DNA of 64,000 bases from Nanobdellota archaeon (GTDB lineage Archaea; Nanobdellota; Nanobdellia; Pacearchaeales; GW2011-AR1): contig JBBSXB010000001.1 in the NCBI GenBank assembly GCA_038046005.1, positions 32,001-96,000 of the forward strand, given 5' to 3'. Shown piece after piece: positions 36,069 to 45,655 of this stretch (positions are counted from its first letter, which is position 1; the number at the start of each line of letters is the position of its first letter). The position numbers and the translations under genes were made by a program. The notes below the pieces were generated by a model. The model did not search any database. It was not told the DNA's origin and saw only the letters and a list, made by a program, of their open reading frames with translations.

Positions 36069-36895
36069 AATCAAACATTTTAGATATTGAGGGAAAGAAA
36101 GTAAAAGAAATAAACTTACCTAGTATTTTTTCTGCTCCAATAAGAGAAGACATTGTTGTTAAGGTATTAGAAGCAAAAAAGAGAAAACAGCCTTATGCTC
36201 CGTCACTTACGGGGGGAAAACATCACTCTGCCAGCGGAAAAATGAGGCATAGGAGACATGTTTGGCAAACTCATTACGGAAAAGGAATTTCCAGAATTCC
36301 TAGAAAGGTTATGTCGCGTAGGGGAACGCAATTCAACTGGGTAGGTGCTGAAGTTGCTTCTACAAGAGGAGGAAGAAGAGCTCACCCTCCAAAAGTCATA
36401 TCCATGTTCAGTATAAATAAAATAAACAAGAAAGAACTAAGGATTGCATTAATCTCGGCTTTAAGTGCTACTGCAAAAGCAGAAATTGTTGCATCAAAGT
36501 ACAAAAGATTAGAAGAAAATAAAATATCACATCTTCCGTTTATTGTCGAGGGAAAAATTGCTTCCCTTAAGACAAAAGAGCTTATTTCTTCTGTTAAAAA
36601 AATACTTGGAGATGATTTATTTGAAGTTGCATTAAAAATTAAAACTCAAAGAGCAGGGATAGGAAAAATGAGAGGAAGAAGGTACAAGAGCAATGCTGGT
36701 TTGTTGATTATTGTAGGAAATAATGAAGAGTTAAAAGCTAATGTTTTTGAAATAAAAAATTTAAACAGCTTAAGTGTGAATGATCTTGCTAAAGGGGGAT
36801 TGGGCAGACTTACGCTCTACACCGAACAAGCAATTAAAGAGATTGATAATAAATTGTCTAGTAAACAAAACATCCAATCACAGGAGAATAAATGA
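36065..36895 (+). CDS. rpl4: 50S ribosomal protein L4
   Basis: GISRIPR, TRGGRRAHPPK, GKMRGRRY. Confidence 0.97.
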   Translation: MKSNILDIEGKKVKEINLPSIFSAPIREDIVVKVLEAKKRKQPYAPSLTGGKHHSASGKMRHRRHVWQTHYGKGISRIPRKVMSRRGTQFNWVGAEVASTRGGRRAHPPKVISMFSINKINKKELRIALISALSATAKAEIVASKYKRLEENKISHLPFIVEGKIASLKTKELISSVKKILGDDLFEVALKIKTQRAGIGKMRGRRYKSNAGLLIIVGNNEELKANVFEIKNLNSLSVNDLAKGGLGRLTLYTEQAIKEIDNKLSSKQNIQSQENK

Positions 36896-37167
36896 AACAC
36901 GAACTAGTAGAAGATAAGGACATTATACAATTAAAACCAATAGTCACGGAAAAGGCAGTTATGTTGATTGAATCACAAAACGTGCTAACATTTAAGGTAG
37001 ACAAAAGAAAAACAAAAAAGGACATATCAAAAGAGATTGAAGAAGTTTTAGAAGTTGAGGTGGAAAAAATAAGAACGCATATAAAGAGAAACCACAAGTA
37101 TGCTTATGTCAAATTAAAACCAAAATTCCTAGCTATAGATGTAGCAACGAAGCTGGGGTTGATATAA
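36892..37167 (+). CDS. rpl23: 50S ribosomal protein L23
   Basis: PIVTEKA, KYAYVKL, DVATKLGLI. Confidence 0.95.
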   Translation: MKHELVEDKDIIQLKPIVTEKAVMLIESQNVLTFKVDKRKTKKDISKEIEEVLEVEVEKIRTHIKRNHKYAYVKLKPKFLAIDVATKLGLI

Positions 37168-37168
37168 T

Positions 37169-37864
37169 ATGGGAAAAAGAATAATTGTTCAAGCAAGAGG
37201 ACATGGAAGTAATAGTTATAGAGTTAGAAGAAACGCTTTCAAATATAGAATAAAATATCCTAAAAAGTTGGAAGGAGAAGGAGTTATAATAAAATTAGTA
37301 AATTCAACTGGTCACATGGCCCCATTGGCAAAAATTAAATCTAAGGATGAAATTTTTTTCATGCCGGCATTTAAAGGAATGATCGAAAATCAAAGTATCA
37401 AATTTGGGGGAAATGAAGTTAAAATTGGAAATGTAATGACGCTGAGGAATATTCCCGTAAAAACACAAATTTATAATATAGAATCAAGGCCTGGAGATGG
37501 GGGAGTTTTCATAAGAACAGCAGGAACATCGGCTGAAATCAGCAAAGTTGTTGGAGAAAATATTTTTGTTGTAATGCCTTCAAAAAAAGAACGTGTATTC
37601 CATGGAAATTGCAGAGCAACAATTGGATCAATCGCCGGTTCTGGAAGACTTGAAAAACCAATTGTAAAAGCTGGGAAGAATTTTTATATTCGAAAGTCAA
37701 GAAATAAATTGTGGCCTAGAACTTCTGCAGTCAAGATGAACGTCATAGATCATCCTTTCGGTTCTGGTAGAGGGAAAAGAATCAAAAGTAAGATTGCAAA
37801 GAGAAATGCCCCGCCTGGTGCAAAGGTTGGGTTAATAAGGCCTAGAAGAACAGGTAAGCCTTAA
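37169..37864 (+). CDS. rpl2: 50S ribosomal protein L2
   Basis: MGKRIIVQARG, NIESRPGDGG, MNVIDHPFG. Confidence 0.97.
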   Translation: MGKRIIVQARGHGSNSYRVRRNAFKYRIKYPKKLEGEGVIIKLVNSTGHMAPLAKIKSKDEIFFMPAFKGMIENQSIKFGGNEVKIGNVMTLRNIPVKTQIYNIESRPGDGGVFIRTAGTSAEISKVVGENIFVVMPSKKERVFHGNCRATIGSIAGSGRLEKPIVKAGKNFYIRKSRNKLWPRTSAVKMNVIDHPFGSGRGKRIKSKIAKRNAPPGAKVGLIRPRRTGKP

Positions 37865-37871
37865 AATTAAA

Positions 37872-38255
37872 ATGAAAAATAAAGTAGAAAATAAAATCAA
37901 ACGAATTGTATCAAGAAGAGACATAGCAACTTTAACAGAAGGAGGTATTGTTTCAGTAAAATTAAAACACTTTTATCCAAGTGTTAGCATTTATACAACA
38001 ACAGAAGAAGGATTATTTATGGTTGCGGGGAATTACATGACAACTACAAAATTAATAGCCCCTTTAAGAAATAGTTTGTTCAATCCAGAAGGGAGAATAA
38101 TGGAACTCGTCGGTTTTACTAGAAATATGGAGTTTGAAAATGGGGCTTTGATTTTATATGATAAGGCTATAGGAAAAAAATGTTTGCTCCCAGAGAGTGG
38201 AACTCCTTACAATTATTATAAAGACAGATTATCAGTAGAGGGATTAATAAATTAA
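37872..38255 (+). CDS. Orphan protein inserted between L2 and S19
   Basis: 127 aa; flanked by AAATTAAAATG on both sides. Confidence 0.65.
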   Translation: MKNKVENKIKRIVSRRDIATLTEGGIVSVKLKHFYPSVSIYTTTEEGLFMVAGNYMTTTKLIAPLRNSLFNPEGRIMELVGFTRNMEFENGALILYDKAIGKKCLLPESGTPYNYYKDRLSVEGLIN

Positions 38256-38256
38256 A

Positions 38257-38649
38257 ATGGACAAGAAAAAAGATTTCACATACAGGGGAAAAAATATTGA
38301 AGAATTAAAAAAGCTTGAAGTTAGAGAATTTGCAAAATATATTAAATCAAGAGCAAGAAGGGCTGTATTGAGAAATTTCCAGAGTATTGAAAAATTCCTA
38401 ATTCGAGCAAAAGAAAAAATTGAAAAAAATAAGCAGATTAAAACTCACTTAAGAGATTTAGTTATTGTTCCAGAGATGATTGGAATGAAAATTAATGTGT
38501 ACAATGGCCATAGTTTTATTCCTGTGGAAATAAGTGGAGAAATGCTTGGCCATAGGATGGGTGAATTTGCGCTTACTAGAGGAAAAGTAAAGCATGGTAG
38601 TGCTGGAATAGGTGCCACAAAAGGAAGTAAACACAAAGCTAAAAAGTAA
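38257..38649 (+). CDS. rps19: 30S ribosomal protein S19
   Basis: FTYRGK, KTHLRD, MLGHRMGEF. Confidence 0.97.
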   Translation: MDKKKDFTYRGKNIEELKKLEVREFAKYIKSRARRAVLRNFQSIEKFLIRAKEKIEKNKQIKTHLRDLVIVPEMIGMKINVYNGHSFIPVEISGEMLGHRMGEFALTRGKVKHGSAGIGATKGSKHKAKK

Positions 38650-38651
38650 AC

Positions 38652-39227
38652 ATGACAGAAAATAAAAAACAGACTAAAGAAGAAAAAGTAGATAACAAAG
38701 AATTAGAAAGCACCCCTAGTGAAAAACCCATCTCTAATGAAAGTGAAGTTAAGGAAGAGAAAAAAGAGATTAAAGAAAAACCAAAAAAGGAAATAAAAAA
38801 GAAAACAAGTGCCGTTGTTAATGGAATTAATCTTCACATGTCAACAAAACAAGCCGCTGCAATTTGCAGGTTCATTAAATGGAAAGAAATAAAAAAAGCT
38901 GTTCAAGAATTAAAGGAAGTTTCTCAATTGAGGAGGGCGATACCTATGAAAGGCGAAATACCACATAGGAAAAATATTGGTCCTGGAAGATATCCTCAAA
39001 AAGCGTCTAAGGCGTTTGTTGAATTGTTAAACACTCTTTCGGCAAACGCTGAAACTAATGGATTAGAAAATCCAATAATAGCTAAAGCTGTTGCTAACAT
39101 TGCATCAAGGCCTTATGGGAAATTTGGGGCTGTTAGGAAAAAAAGAAGTCATGTTGAAATAACTGCTATTGATAAAAAAGAAAAAACACATTCAGACAAA
39201 AAAGCAATGGAGGGTAAAAAAAACTGA
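38652..39227 (+). CDS. rpl22: 50S ribosomal protein L22 with charged N-terminal extension
   Basis: GRYPQKAS, NAE, HVEI. Confidence 0.95.
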   Translation: MTENKKQTKEEKVDNKELESTPSEKPISNESEVKEEKKEIKEKPKKEIKKKTSAVVNGINLHMSTKQAAAICRFIKWKEIKKAVQELKEVSQLRRAIPMKGEIPHRKNIGPGRYPQKASKAFVELLNTLSANAETNGLENPIIAKAVANIASRPYGKFGAVRKKRSHVEITAIDKKEKTHSDKKAMEGKKN

Positions 39228-39280
39228 AATTCTTTTAGGATTTCATCAAATCCGTTCATCAACGGAGGTTAAAACATATA

Positions 39281-39949
39281 ATGGAAGAAAAAAAGATTAT
39301 TGATTTGAAAAAAGCAGAATTTGTTTTAAGAGAGTACATCAAAACTTCTCTAGGAAAAGGAAAAGTAAGCCGGGTAAAAATAGAGTATACTCCTGTTGGC
39401 GAAAAAATAATTATTTCAACAAATAAACCAGGATTAATAATCGGGAAGAGAGGAGAAAGAATTGATGAGTTGACCAGAACTGTAAAAACTAGATTCAAAT
39501 TAGAAAATCCACAGATAGAAATAGATGAAATAATGGACCCAGAGTTTGATGCACAAATTGTCGCTGATGAAATAGCTTTGGGTTTAGAAAGATTTGGCCC
39601 AATTAAGTTTAAAGTGATAGCATATAAATCACTTCAGAGAATAATGAACGCTGGGGCTCTTGGAACAGAAATAAGATTAAGTGGAAAACTCCCAGGTGCC
39701 AGAGCAAAAACTTGGAGATTTGCACAAGGATATCTCAAAAAAACAGGAGACAGTGCAAAGGTTGTAGACCGAGCCCAATCAAGAGCCGAACCTAAAACAG
39801 GCACAATTGGAATAAAAGTCAGCATTCTTTCACCATATGTTTTATTGAAAGACAGGATAAACGTCAATGAAGAACTTTTAAATAAATTAAGGGTGAATGA
39901 TGGTTTAATAGAAAGCAACAGCGGAGGAAAGAAAGTTAAGAAAAAATAA
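39281..39949 (+). CDS. rps3: 30S ribosomal protein S3
   Basis: KPGLIIGKRG, GTEIRLSGKL, GYLKKTG. Confidence 0.97.
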   Translation: MEEKKIIDLKKAEFVLREYIKTSLGKGKVSRVKIEYTPVGEKIIISTNKPGLIIGKRGERIDELTRTVKTRFKLENPQIEIDEIMDPEFDAQIVADEIALGLERFGPIKFKVIAYKSLQRIMNAGALGTEIRLSGKLPGARAKTWRFAQGYLKKTGDSAKVVDRAQSRAEPKTGTIGIKVSILSPYVLLKDRINVNEELLNKLRVNDGLIESNSGGKKVKKK

Positions 39950-39950
39950 A

Positions 39951-40154
39951 ATGGCAATATTAAAATCAAAAGAAATAGCAAAAATGAAAAATGAAGAATT
40001 GAATAAAAAACTTAAAGAGCTTAAGTTGGAATTAATAAAAGCGAAGGCTGGGGCTTCTAAGGCTGGCACATCAAAGATTAAAGAAATTAAAAAGACTATG
40101 TCTAGGATATTAACAATCAACAAATCCAATGAGGAGGCGTTGAAACACAAATAA
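39951..40154 (+). CDS. rpl29: 50S ribosomal protein L29
   Basis: IKEIKKTMSRILT; synteny. Confidence 0.92.
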   Translation: MAILKSKEIAKMKNEELNKKLKELKLELIKAKAGASKAGTSKIKEIKKTMSRILTINKSNEEALKHK

Positions 40155-40156
40155 CT

Positions 40157-40453
40157 ATGGAAATATGTCCAAAGTGTGGATTACCCAAAGAAGCCTGTGT
40201 ATGTGAACAGATAGCAAAAATTTCACAAAAGATAACTGTAACGACAGACAAGAAAACATACGGAAAGATAGTAACTGTCGTCACAGGGTTCGGCGATGGA
40301 GTGGATGTGAAAAAAACCGCAAAAGCTCTAAAAAACGAACTGGCTTGTGGAGGCACCTACAAAGATCGTATGATCGAGCTTCAAGGAGATCATACCAAAA
40401 GAATAAAAGGTGTCTTGGTCAAGTTGGGTTTTGATGAAGAATCCATAAATTAG
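40157..40453 (+). CDS. Translation initiation factor SUI1 (aIF1)
   Basis: CPKCGLPKEACVC, LACGGT, IELQGDH. Confidence 0.95.
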   Translation: MEICPKCGLPKEACVCEQIAKISQKITVTTDKKTYGKIVTVVTGFGDGVDVKKTAKALKNELACGGTYKDRMIELQGDHTKRIKGVLVKLGFDEESIN

Positions 40454-40466
40454 AAATACGCGAAAA

Positions 40467-40859
40467 ATGACAAAGAAGGAAACCAAAGTAAAAGAAGAAG
40501 GAATGCTAAAAATAGCTGGTGCTTTATGCAGTGATAGGAACTGCCATGTCCATGGCGGATTAAAGACAAGAGGAAGAATCTTTGATGGATTGGTCATAAA
40601 AAAATTCCCGAAAAGAGTCGCAATAGAATTTGACAGGATGACATATGTAAAAAAATATGAAAGGTATAAAAAATCAAACACAAAGATTCATGCCAGGCTT
40701 CCTGACTGCATGAGTGACAAAATCAATGTTGGAGACTACATTAGGGTGCAGGAATGCAGACCTTTAAGTAAGATAATACACTTCGCGGTTTTAAACAAAA
40801 TCAAAAATAAAGAAGAAGCAACAAAGATTTTGAACAAACAGGAGACTAACTTAAAATGA
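40467..40859 (+). CDS. rps17: 30S ribosomal protein S17
   Basis: CSDRNCHVHG, KYERY, ECRPLSK. Confidence 0.97.
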   Translation: MTKKETKVKEEGMLKIAGALCSDRNCHVHGGLKTRGRIFDGLVIKKFPKRVAIEFDRMTYVKKYERYKKSNTKIHARLPDCMSDKINVGDYIRVQECRPLSKIIHFAVLNKIKNKEEATKILNKQETNLK

Positions 40860-41200
40860 AAAGAGCAATTATTTTAACAGGAAGAGAAGGAAACTCTGAG
40901 TTTTACAGTTTATTATTAGAACTAAATTCTAATGCTGTTTTTTACACTCATCGGTTTAAAGAAGGAAATCATCAAGCTTTTTTAGACGAAGTTGCTTCAG
41001 ATTTTGCAGAAAAAATTGCTGAATATAATAAATCTGGAATTTTAGAAGTAGGAAGATTAAATGGTTATAATATAATAGATGGAAAACCTATTGAGGTAGA
41101 TAAAATAGACACAACTTCGTTTGAAAGAAGATTAGAAAAATTGTTAAAAAATTTAAAGGGAGTAACTGCAGTAGAAAATATTGCAAGTTTAAACAACTAA
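40856..41200 (+). CDS. Orphan protein inserted between S17 and L14
   Basis: 114 aa; ATGA overlap upstream and TAAAATG downstream. Confidence 0.65.
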   Translation: MKRAIILTGREGNSEFYSLLLELNSNAVFYTHRFKEGNHQAFLDEVASDFAEKIAEYNKSGILEVGRLNGYNIIDGKPIEVDKIDTTSFERRLEKLLKNLKGVTAVENIASLNN

Positions 41201-41201
41201 A

Positions 41202-41603
41202 ATGAAAGCAATAAGTGCACGAGGAACAGAAGGAATGAATTTAGGAGCCTATGCCGTGGCTGCTGATAATAGCGGTGCTAAAATTGTAAAAATCGTCGGT
41301 GTTAAAGGAAGCAAGGCAAAAAAAGGAAAACAAACAGCTGCAAAAATAGCAGATTGGGTTAAGGTCAGCGTAAGAAAAGGTTTGCCAGATATGAGGGGAA
41401 AAGTATTTGATGCTGTTGTTGTAAGACAAAAAAAACCATATAGAAGGCTTAGCGGGGAAAGAATTGCTTTCGAAGATAATGCAGTCGCTATACTAAAAGA
41501 TGAAAAAGGAAATCCAAAAGGGACACAAATTAAAGGTCCAGTAGCAAGGGAGGTTATGGAGAGATGGCAGCAAGTTGCTAAAATCGCTTCACTAGTCTAT
41601 TAA
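41202..41603 (+). CDS. rpl14: 50S ribosomal protein L14
   Basis: ADNSGAK, FEDNA, KGTQIKGPVARE. Confidence 0.97.
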   Translation: MKAISARGTEGMNLGAYAVAADNSGAKIVKIVGVKGSKAKKGKQTAAKIADWVKVSVRKGLPDMRGKVFDAVVVRQKKPYRRLSGERIAFEDNAVAILKDEKGNPKGTQIKGPVAREVMERWQQVAKIASLVY

Positions 41604-41604
41604 A

Positions 41605-42030
41605 ATGAAAAATAAATTTTATAAAAATTGGAAAGCATCAAAGAATCCAAAAAAGCAGAGAAAATATTCAGCTAATGCTCCAATCCATTTAATAAAAAAA
41701 ATGATAAGTGTAAATCTTTCAAAGGAATTAAGGAAAAAGTATGGAAAAAGAAATGTTCCAATTAGAAAAGGCGATACTGTAAGAATCATGGTAGGGAAAT
41801 TAAGAAATAAAGAAGGGAAAGTAAGCAAGGTAAAGAGAAATGACTTGAAGGTTTATATTGAAGGTGTGCAGGTAAAAAAAAGAGATGGGTCTAAAGCAGA
41901 TATTCCCACCAGGCCTTCAAATTTAAAAATAATTGAGTTGATTTTGGATGATAAAAAAAGAATAAAGTCTATTGAAAGAAAAGCAAACATTCACAAAGAA
42001 GAAAGTAAAAACAATAAGGAGAAAAAATAA
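41605..42030 (+). CDS. rpl24: 50S ribosomal protein L24
   Basis: PKKQRK, LSKELRKKYG, IRKGDTV. Confidence 0.97.
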   Translation: MKNKFYKNWKASKNPKKQRKYSANAPIHLIKKMISVNLSKELRKKYGKRNVPIRKGDTVRIMVGKLRNKEGKVSKVKRNDLKVYIEGVQVKKRDGSKADIPTRPSNLKIIELILDDKKRIKSIERKANIHKEESKNNKEKK

Positions 42031-42031
42031 A

Positions 42032-42679
42032 ATGCATTTGAAAAGACATAAGTCGCCAAAAAAATGGCCAATAAAGAGAAAGGGAACAAAGTATATAGTT
42101 AAACCAAACTTTAGCACTAACCAAGGGGTTCCAGTATTAATTGCATTAAGAGACATGTTAGAGCTTGCAAAAAACAGAAAAGAAGTAAAAAAAGCTATTC
42201 GTGAAAAACAGGTTTTGCTCAATGATAGAAAAATAAAAGACGAAAAAAATAATGTCTTACTCTTTGATGTTATATCAATAGTTCCGACAAACAAAAATTA
42301 TAAGTTGCAATTATCAAATTTCGGAAAGTTTATGTTTGAAGAAGTTAAAGACGCAAAGTGGCAGCAAAAAATAGTCAAAGTAGTAGATAAAAAAATCCTT
42401 AATGGTAAAAAAGTGCAGATTAATTTAAACGATGGCCATAATTTCTTATATAATGGCCAATTAAATATTAATGATTCTGTTGTTTTCGGCTTCAAAGAAA
42501 AAAAGATAATAAAAGTCCTTCAATTAAAAGAGAAAGCAAAAGCTATTGTTTACGCTGGAAAACACGCAGGTAAAGAAGGAGTTATTGAATCACTAGACAA
42601 TAATAAAAAAATGATTGAATTAGATGTGGGTGGCAGCAAAATTAATGTTTTAATTAAACAGATTATGGTGGTAGAATAA
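42032..42679 (+). CDS. rps4e: 30S ribosomal protein S4e
   Basis: MHLKRHKSPKKWPIKRKG; start adjusted to 42032. Confidence 0.95.
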   Translation: MHLKRHKSPKKWPIKRKGTKYIVKPNFSTNQGVPVLIALRDMLELAKNRKEVKKAIREKQVLLNDRKIKDEKNNVLLFDVISIVPTNKNYKLQLSNFGKFMFEEVKDAKWQQKIVKVVDKKILNGKKVQINLNDGHNFLYNGQLNINDSVVFGFKEKKIIKVLQLKEKAKAIVYAGKHAGKEGVIESLDNNKKMIELDVGGSKINVLIKQIMVVE

Positions 42680-42680
42680 A

Positions 42681-43190
42681 ATGACTAATAAAAAAGAAAA
42701 TATTATGAGAGAAATAAAAATAGAAAAAGTTGTCTTTAATGTCGGAGGAATGGGAGAAACCTTAGAAAAGGGTTTTAGGTTATTAAAATTCCTAACAGAA
42801 AAAAATCCTGCCAGGATGAAATCAAATAAAAGAATTCCAACTTGGGATATAAGGCCTAATTTGGCTGTTGGGGCAGTAGTAACTGTAAGAAAAGACTTGG
42901 ATAAAATTTTGAAAAGAATGCTTACTACAATTGATAACACCTTAAAAAGAAAGCAGATTAGCGAGAATAATTTTTCTTTTGGAATAAAAGAATATATCGA
43001 AATTCCAGGAGTGGAATATCAAAGAGATATTGGGATTATGGGATTGGACGTCACTGTTGTTTTTAAAAGAGCTGGTAGAAGAGTTGGGATAAAAAAAATC
43101 AAAAAAGGAAAAATTCCGAAAAAACAAACCATATCTAAAGAGGAAATAATTAAATTTATGGAAGAAAAATTCCAGACACAATTTATTTAA
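42681..43190 (+). CDS. rpl5: 50S ribosomal protein L5
   Basis: NIMREIKIEKVV, FSFGIKEYI, GIMGLDV. Confidence 0.97.
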   Translation: MTNKKENIMREIKIEKVVFNVGGMGETLEKGFRLLKFLTEKNPARMKSNKRIPTWDIRPNLAVGAVVTVRKDLDKILKRMLTTIDNTLKRKQISENNFSFGIKEYIEIPGVEYQRDIGIMGLDVTVVFKRAGRRVGIKKIKKGKIPKKQTISKEEIIKFMEEKFQTQFI

Positions 43191-43243
43191 AATGAAGTTA
43201 AATACAAAATTTTTAATCAAAGTAAATAAGGAGATAAATTTAA

Positions 43244-43474
43244 ATGACAGCAAGTGATTGGAAAAAAATACTCAAACAATTAAAAAATAAGCCAGCAGTA
43301 ATGGAGAAATTTATTAAGCACTGCAAACCTAAAGAAAGAAAAACGGGTATAGCTTCAAGAAAGTGTGAGAGATGTGGAAGGTTTGGAGCACATATAGGTT
43401 CTTACGGTTTGAATTTGTGCAGACATTGCTTCAGAGAAATTGCTCAAGAAATAGGCTTTACAAAATATTCATAG
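43244..43474 (+). CDS. rps14: 30S ribosomal protein S14 with N-terminal extension
   Basis: CERCG...YGLNLCRHCFRE. Confidence 0.95.
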   Translation: MTASDWKKILKQLKNKPAVMEKFIKHCKPKERKTGIASRKCERCGRFGAHIGSYGLNLCRHCFREIAQEIGFTKYS

Positions 43475-43481
43475 GAGAAAA

Positions 43482-43862
43482 ATGAGTCACGATATTGTTG
43501 CAGATGCACTAAACATGATAAATAATTCCCATAAGGCGGGAAAAGAAAATGTAAAGGTAAAGATAATTTCAAATCTTTTAATCGAAGTTCTAAAGATAAT
43601 GAAGAAGAAAGGAGCTATAAAGAAATACAAAATCGAAAGTAAAGAAAAGTCTCTAGAAGTTTCTATAGGTGATTTAACAGAATGCAAAGCAGTAAAACCA
43701 AGATTTACCGTTAACAGAGATCAATTAGAAAAATACAGAAGAAGATACCTCCCATCAAGAGATATGGGGACATTAATAGTCTCAACTAATAAAGGCCTTA
43801 TGACGCACGAAGAGGCTGAAGAAGAGAAAATAGGAGGTTGCATAATAGCATTCTTTTATTAA
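43482..43862 (+). CDS. rps8: 30S ribosomal protein S8
   Basis: STNKGLMTHEEA...GG. Confidence 0.97.
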   Translation: MSHDIVADALNMINNSHKAGKENVKVKIISNLLIEVLKIMKKKGAIKKYKIESKEKSLEVSIGDLTECKAVKPRFTVNRDQLEKYRRRYLPSRDMGTLIVSTNKGLMTHEEAEEEKIGGCIIAFFY

Positions 43863-43863
43863 A

Positions 43864-44406
43864 ATGAAAAAAGAAATATTCAAAGAAATGGTTATTCCTG
43901 AGGGAGTTAATGCAAAGGTAGATGGAAATGTACTAAATATCAGTGGTAAAAATGGAGAGATTACAAGAAAAATGAATTTAAATAAATTAGAGTTCAAAAT
44001 TTTTGATGGAAAAATTATTATTGGAAGAAAAAAGGCAACAAAAAACGAGAAGAAAATAATTAATACAATGGCAGCACATATAAAAAATATGATTGATGGA
44101 GTGCAGAAAAAATTTGAGTATCAATTGAAAATATGCTTTAGTCACTTTCCATTCACTGTAGAAACAAAAGGTAATGAAGTGTTAATAAAGAACTTTCTTG
44201 GAGAAAAAGTCCCTAGAAAAGTAAATATGCTAAAAGATGTTGAAATAAAAATAGACAAACAGAATATTACAATAAAGTCTGCAGATAAGGAATTAGCGGG
44301 ACAAGCAGCAGCTAACCTTGAAGAGGTTACAAAGGTTAAAAACAGAGACAGAAGAGTGTTTCAAGATGGCATTTATATAACAAGCAAAGCTGGGAGAGAA
44401 ATATAA
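43864..44406 (+). CDS. rpl6: 50S ribosomal protein L6
   Basis: SHFP, NFLGEK, DRRVFQDGIYI. Confidence 0.97.
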   Translation: MKKEIFKEMVIPEGVNAKVDGNVLNISGKNGEITRKMNLNKLEFKIFDGKIIIGRKKATKNEKKIINTMAAHIKNMIDGVQKKFEYQLKICFSHFPFTVETKGNEVLIKNFLGEKVPRKVNMLKDVEIKIDKQNITIKSADKELAGQAAANLEEVTKVKNRDRRVFQDGIYITSKAGREI

Positions 44407-44780
44407 TGACAAAATTTTTAAGAAGAAATTCTGATAAGTTTTCAAAGCTAGGATTAAGGAAAAAGAAAAAGCAAGTGTGGAGAAGCCCTAAGGGAAGACA
44501 TAACAAAATGAGGAAAAAAAGGAAAGGGTATCCTGCAGTTGTTAGTATTGGCTACGCAACAAATAGAAAAACAAGAGGAAAGATTGATAACAAAAATCAA
44601 ATTGAGGTTAATAATATCAAAGAATTGGCCGGATTAAAAAATAATGATATTGTCTTGATTGGAAAAATTGGAAAAAGGAAAAAGATAGAAATAGTAAAAA
44701 AGCTTAAAGAAATGAAAATTTCTGTTTCCAACCTCAATATAAACAAATTCCTAAAGAAGAATATGGGGGAGAAAAAATGA
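44406..44780 (+). CDS. rpl32e: 50S ribosomal protein L32e
   Basis: WRSPKGRHNKMR, SIGY. Confidence 0.93.
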   Translation: MTKFLRRNSDKFSKLGLRKKKKQVWRSPKGRHNKMRKKRKGYPAVVSIGYATNRKTRGKIDNKNQIEVNNIKELAGLKNNDIVLIGKIGKRKKIEIVKKLKEMKISVSNLNINKFLKKNMGEKK

Positions 44781-45181
44781 ACTTAAAAAAGAAAAAAGCA
44801 TTGGCTGCAAAAACTCTTGGAGTTGGAAAGGGAAGAATCGTTTTCTTAGTGCCAAGATTAGATGAAATAAAGGAAGCAATAACAAAACAAGATATGAGAG
44901 ATCTTCATAAAGAGGGAGCAATACTAATAAAAACAATAAAAGGAAGAAAAACAAAAAAGAAAAGCGGAAGAAGAGGTTATGGGAAAGTGAAAATAATTGT
45001 TAACACAAGGAAAAAAGATTATATTGTACTAACTAGAAAATTCAGAGGAATGGTTAAAGATCTCTTGAATAAAGGAATAATTTCAAAAGAAAACTCTTTA
45101 GAATTGAGGAAAAAAATAAAGAATAAGCAGTTTAAAAGTAAATCGCATTTTAATGAACAATTAAAAGTAAAGGAGTATTAA
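44777..45181 (+). CDS. rpl19e: 50S ribosomal protein L19e
   Basis: LAAKTLGVGKGRI, AITKQD. Confidence 0.93.
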   Translation: MNLKKKKALAAKTLGVGKGRIVFLVPRLDEIKEAITKQDMRDLHKEGAILIKTIKGRKTKKKSGRRGYGKVKIIVNTRKKDYIVLTRKFRGMVKDLLNKGIISKENSLELRKKIKNKQFKSKSHFNEQLKVKEY

Positions 45182-45655
45182 ATGGAAAAAGAAAAAGCAC
45201 TAAAAGATTTTGAAGAAGGGTTCGGCAGATTAAAGCAAGAACTTAAGTTTAAAACTAATTTGGATGAAATTGATGAAATTTTCTTTATTAGAGATGTTAT
45301 ACTTCAAGATGGATTTGTAAGCAAAAATTTATTCAGGCAAATGGCCTACAGGATTGCAGAATTTTATCTAAGATGGAATGATTATTTGCATGGTTTAATA
45401 ATGCCAAACCCTCAAAATATTTTAAGTTTAAGCGAAAGTAAGATTTTTAACCAAGAAGAGAAAAAGATTATAACAAACATGATAAAAAAGATAATGGAAT
45501 TGAACAGCAAGAATATTCTTATAACTTTGACTAGGGATAAAGCAGAAGAAGGGAAGTTTATTGATTACAGTGTTAATATGTGGAAAAGTGAATTACAACC
45601 AGAGATAATAAAATTAATTAAAAAAATAAATAAAGAATGGGGAGAAAACAAATGA
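45182..45655 (+). CDS. Hypothetical helical protein between L19e and L18
   Basis: 157 aa, coupled on both sides. Confidence 0.7.
   Translation: MEKEKALKDFEEGFGRLKQELKFKTNLDEIDEIFFIRDVILQDGFVSKNLFRQMAYRIAEFYLRWNDYLHGLIMPNPQNILSLSESKIFNQEEKKIITNMIKKIMELNSKNILITLTRDKAEEGKFIDYSVNMWKSELQPEIIKLIKKINKEWGENK

Noticed and set aside
37861-41207. AAATTAAAATG and TAAAATGAAA repeats around the L2|S19 and S17|L14 orphans as proof of target-site duplication
   Set aside because: TAAAATG occurs at many ordinary junctions in this operon, so these short AT-rich matches are weak alone and are used only as context.
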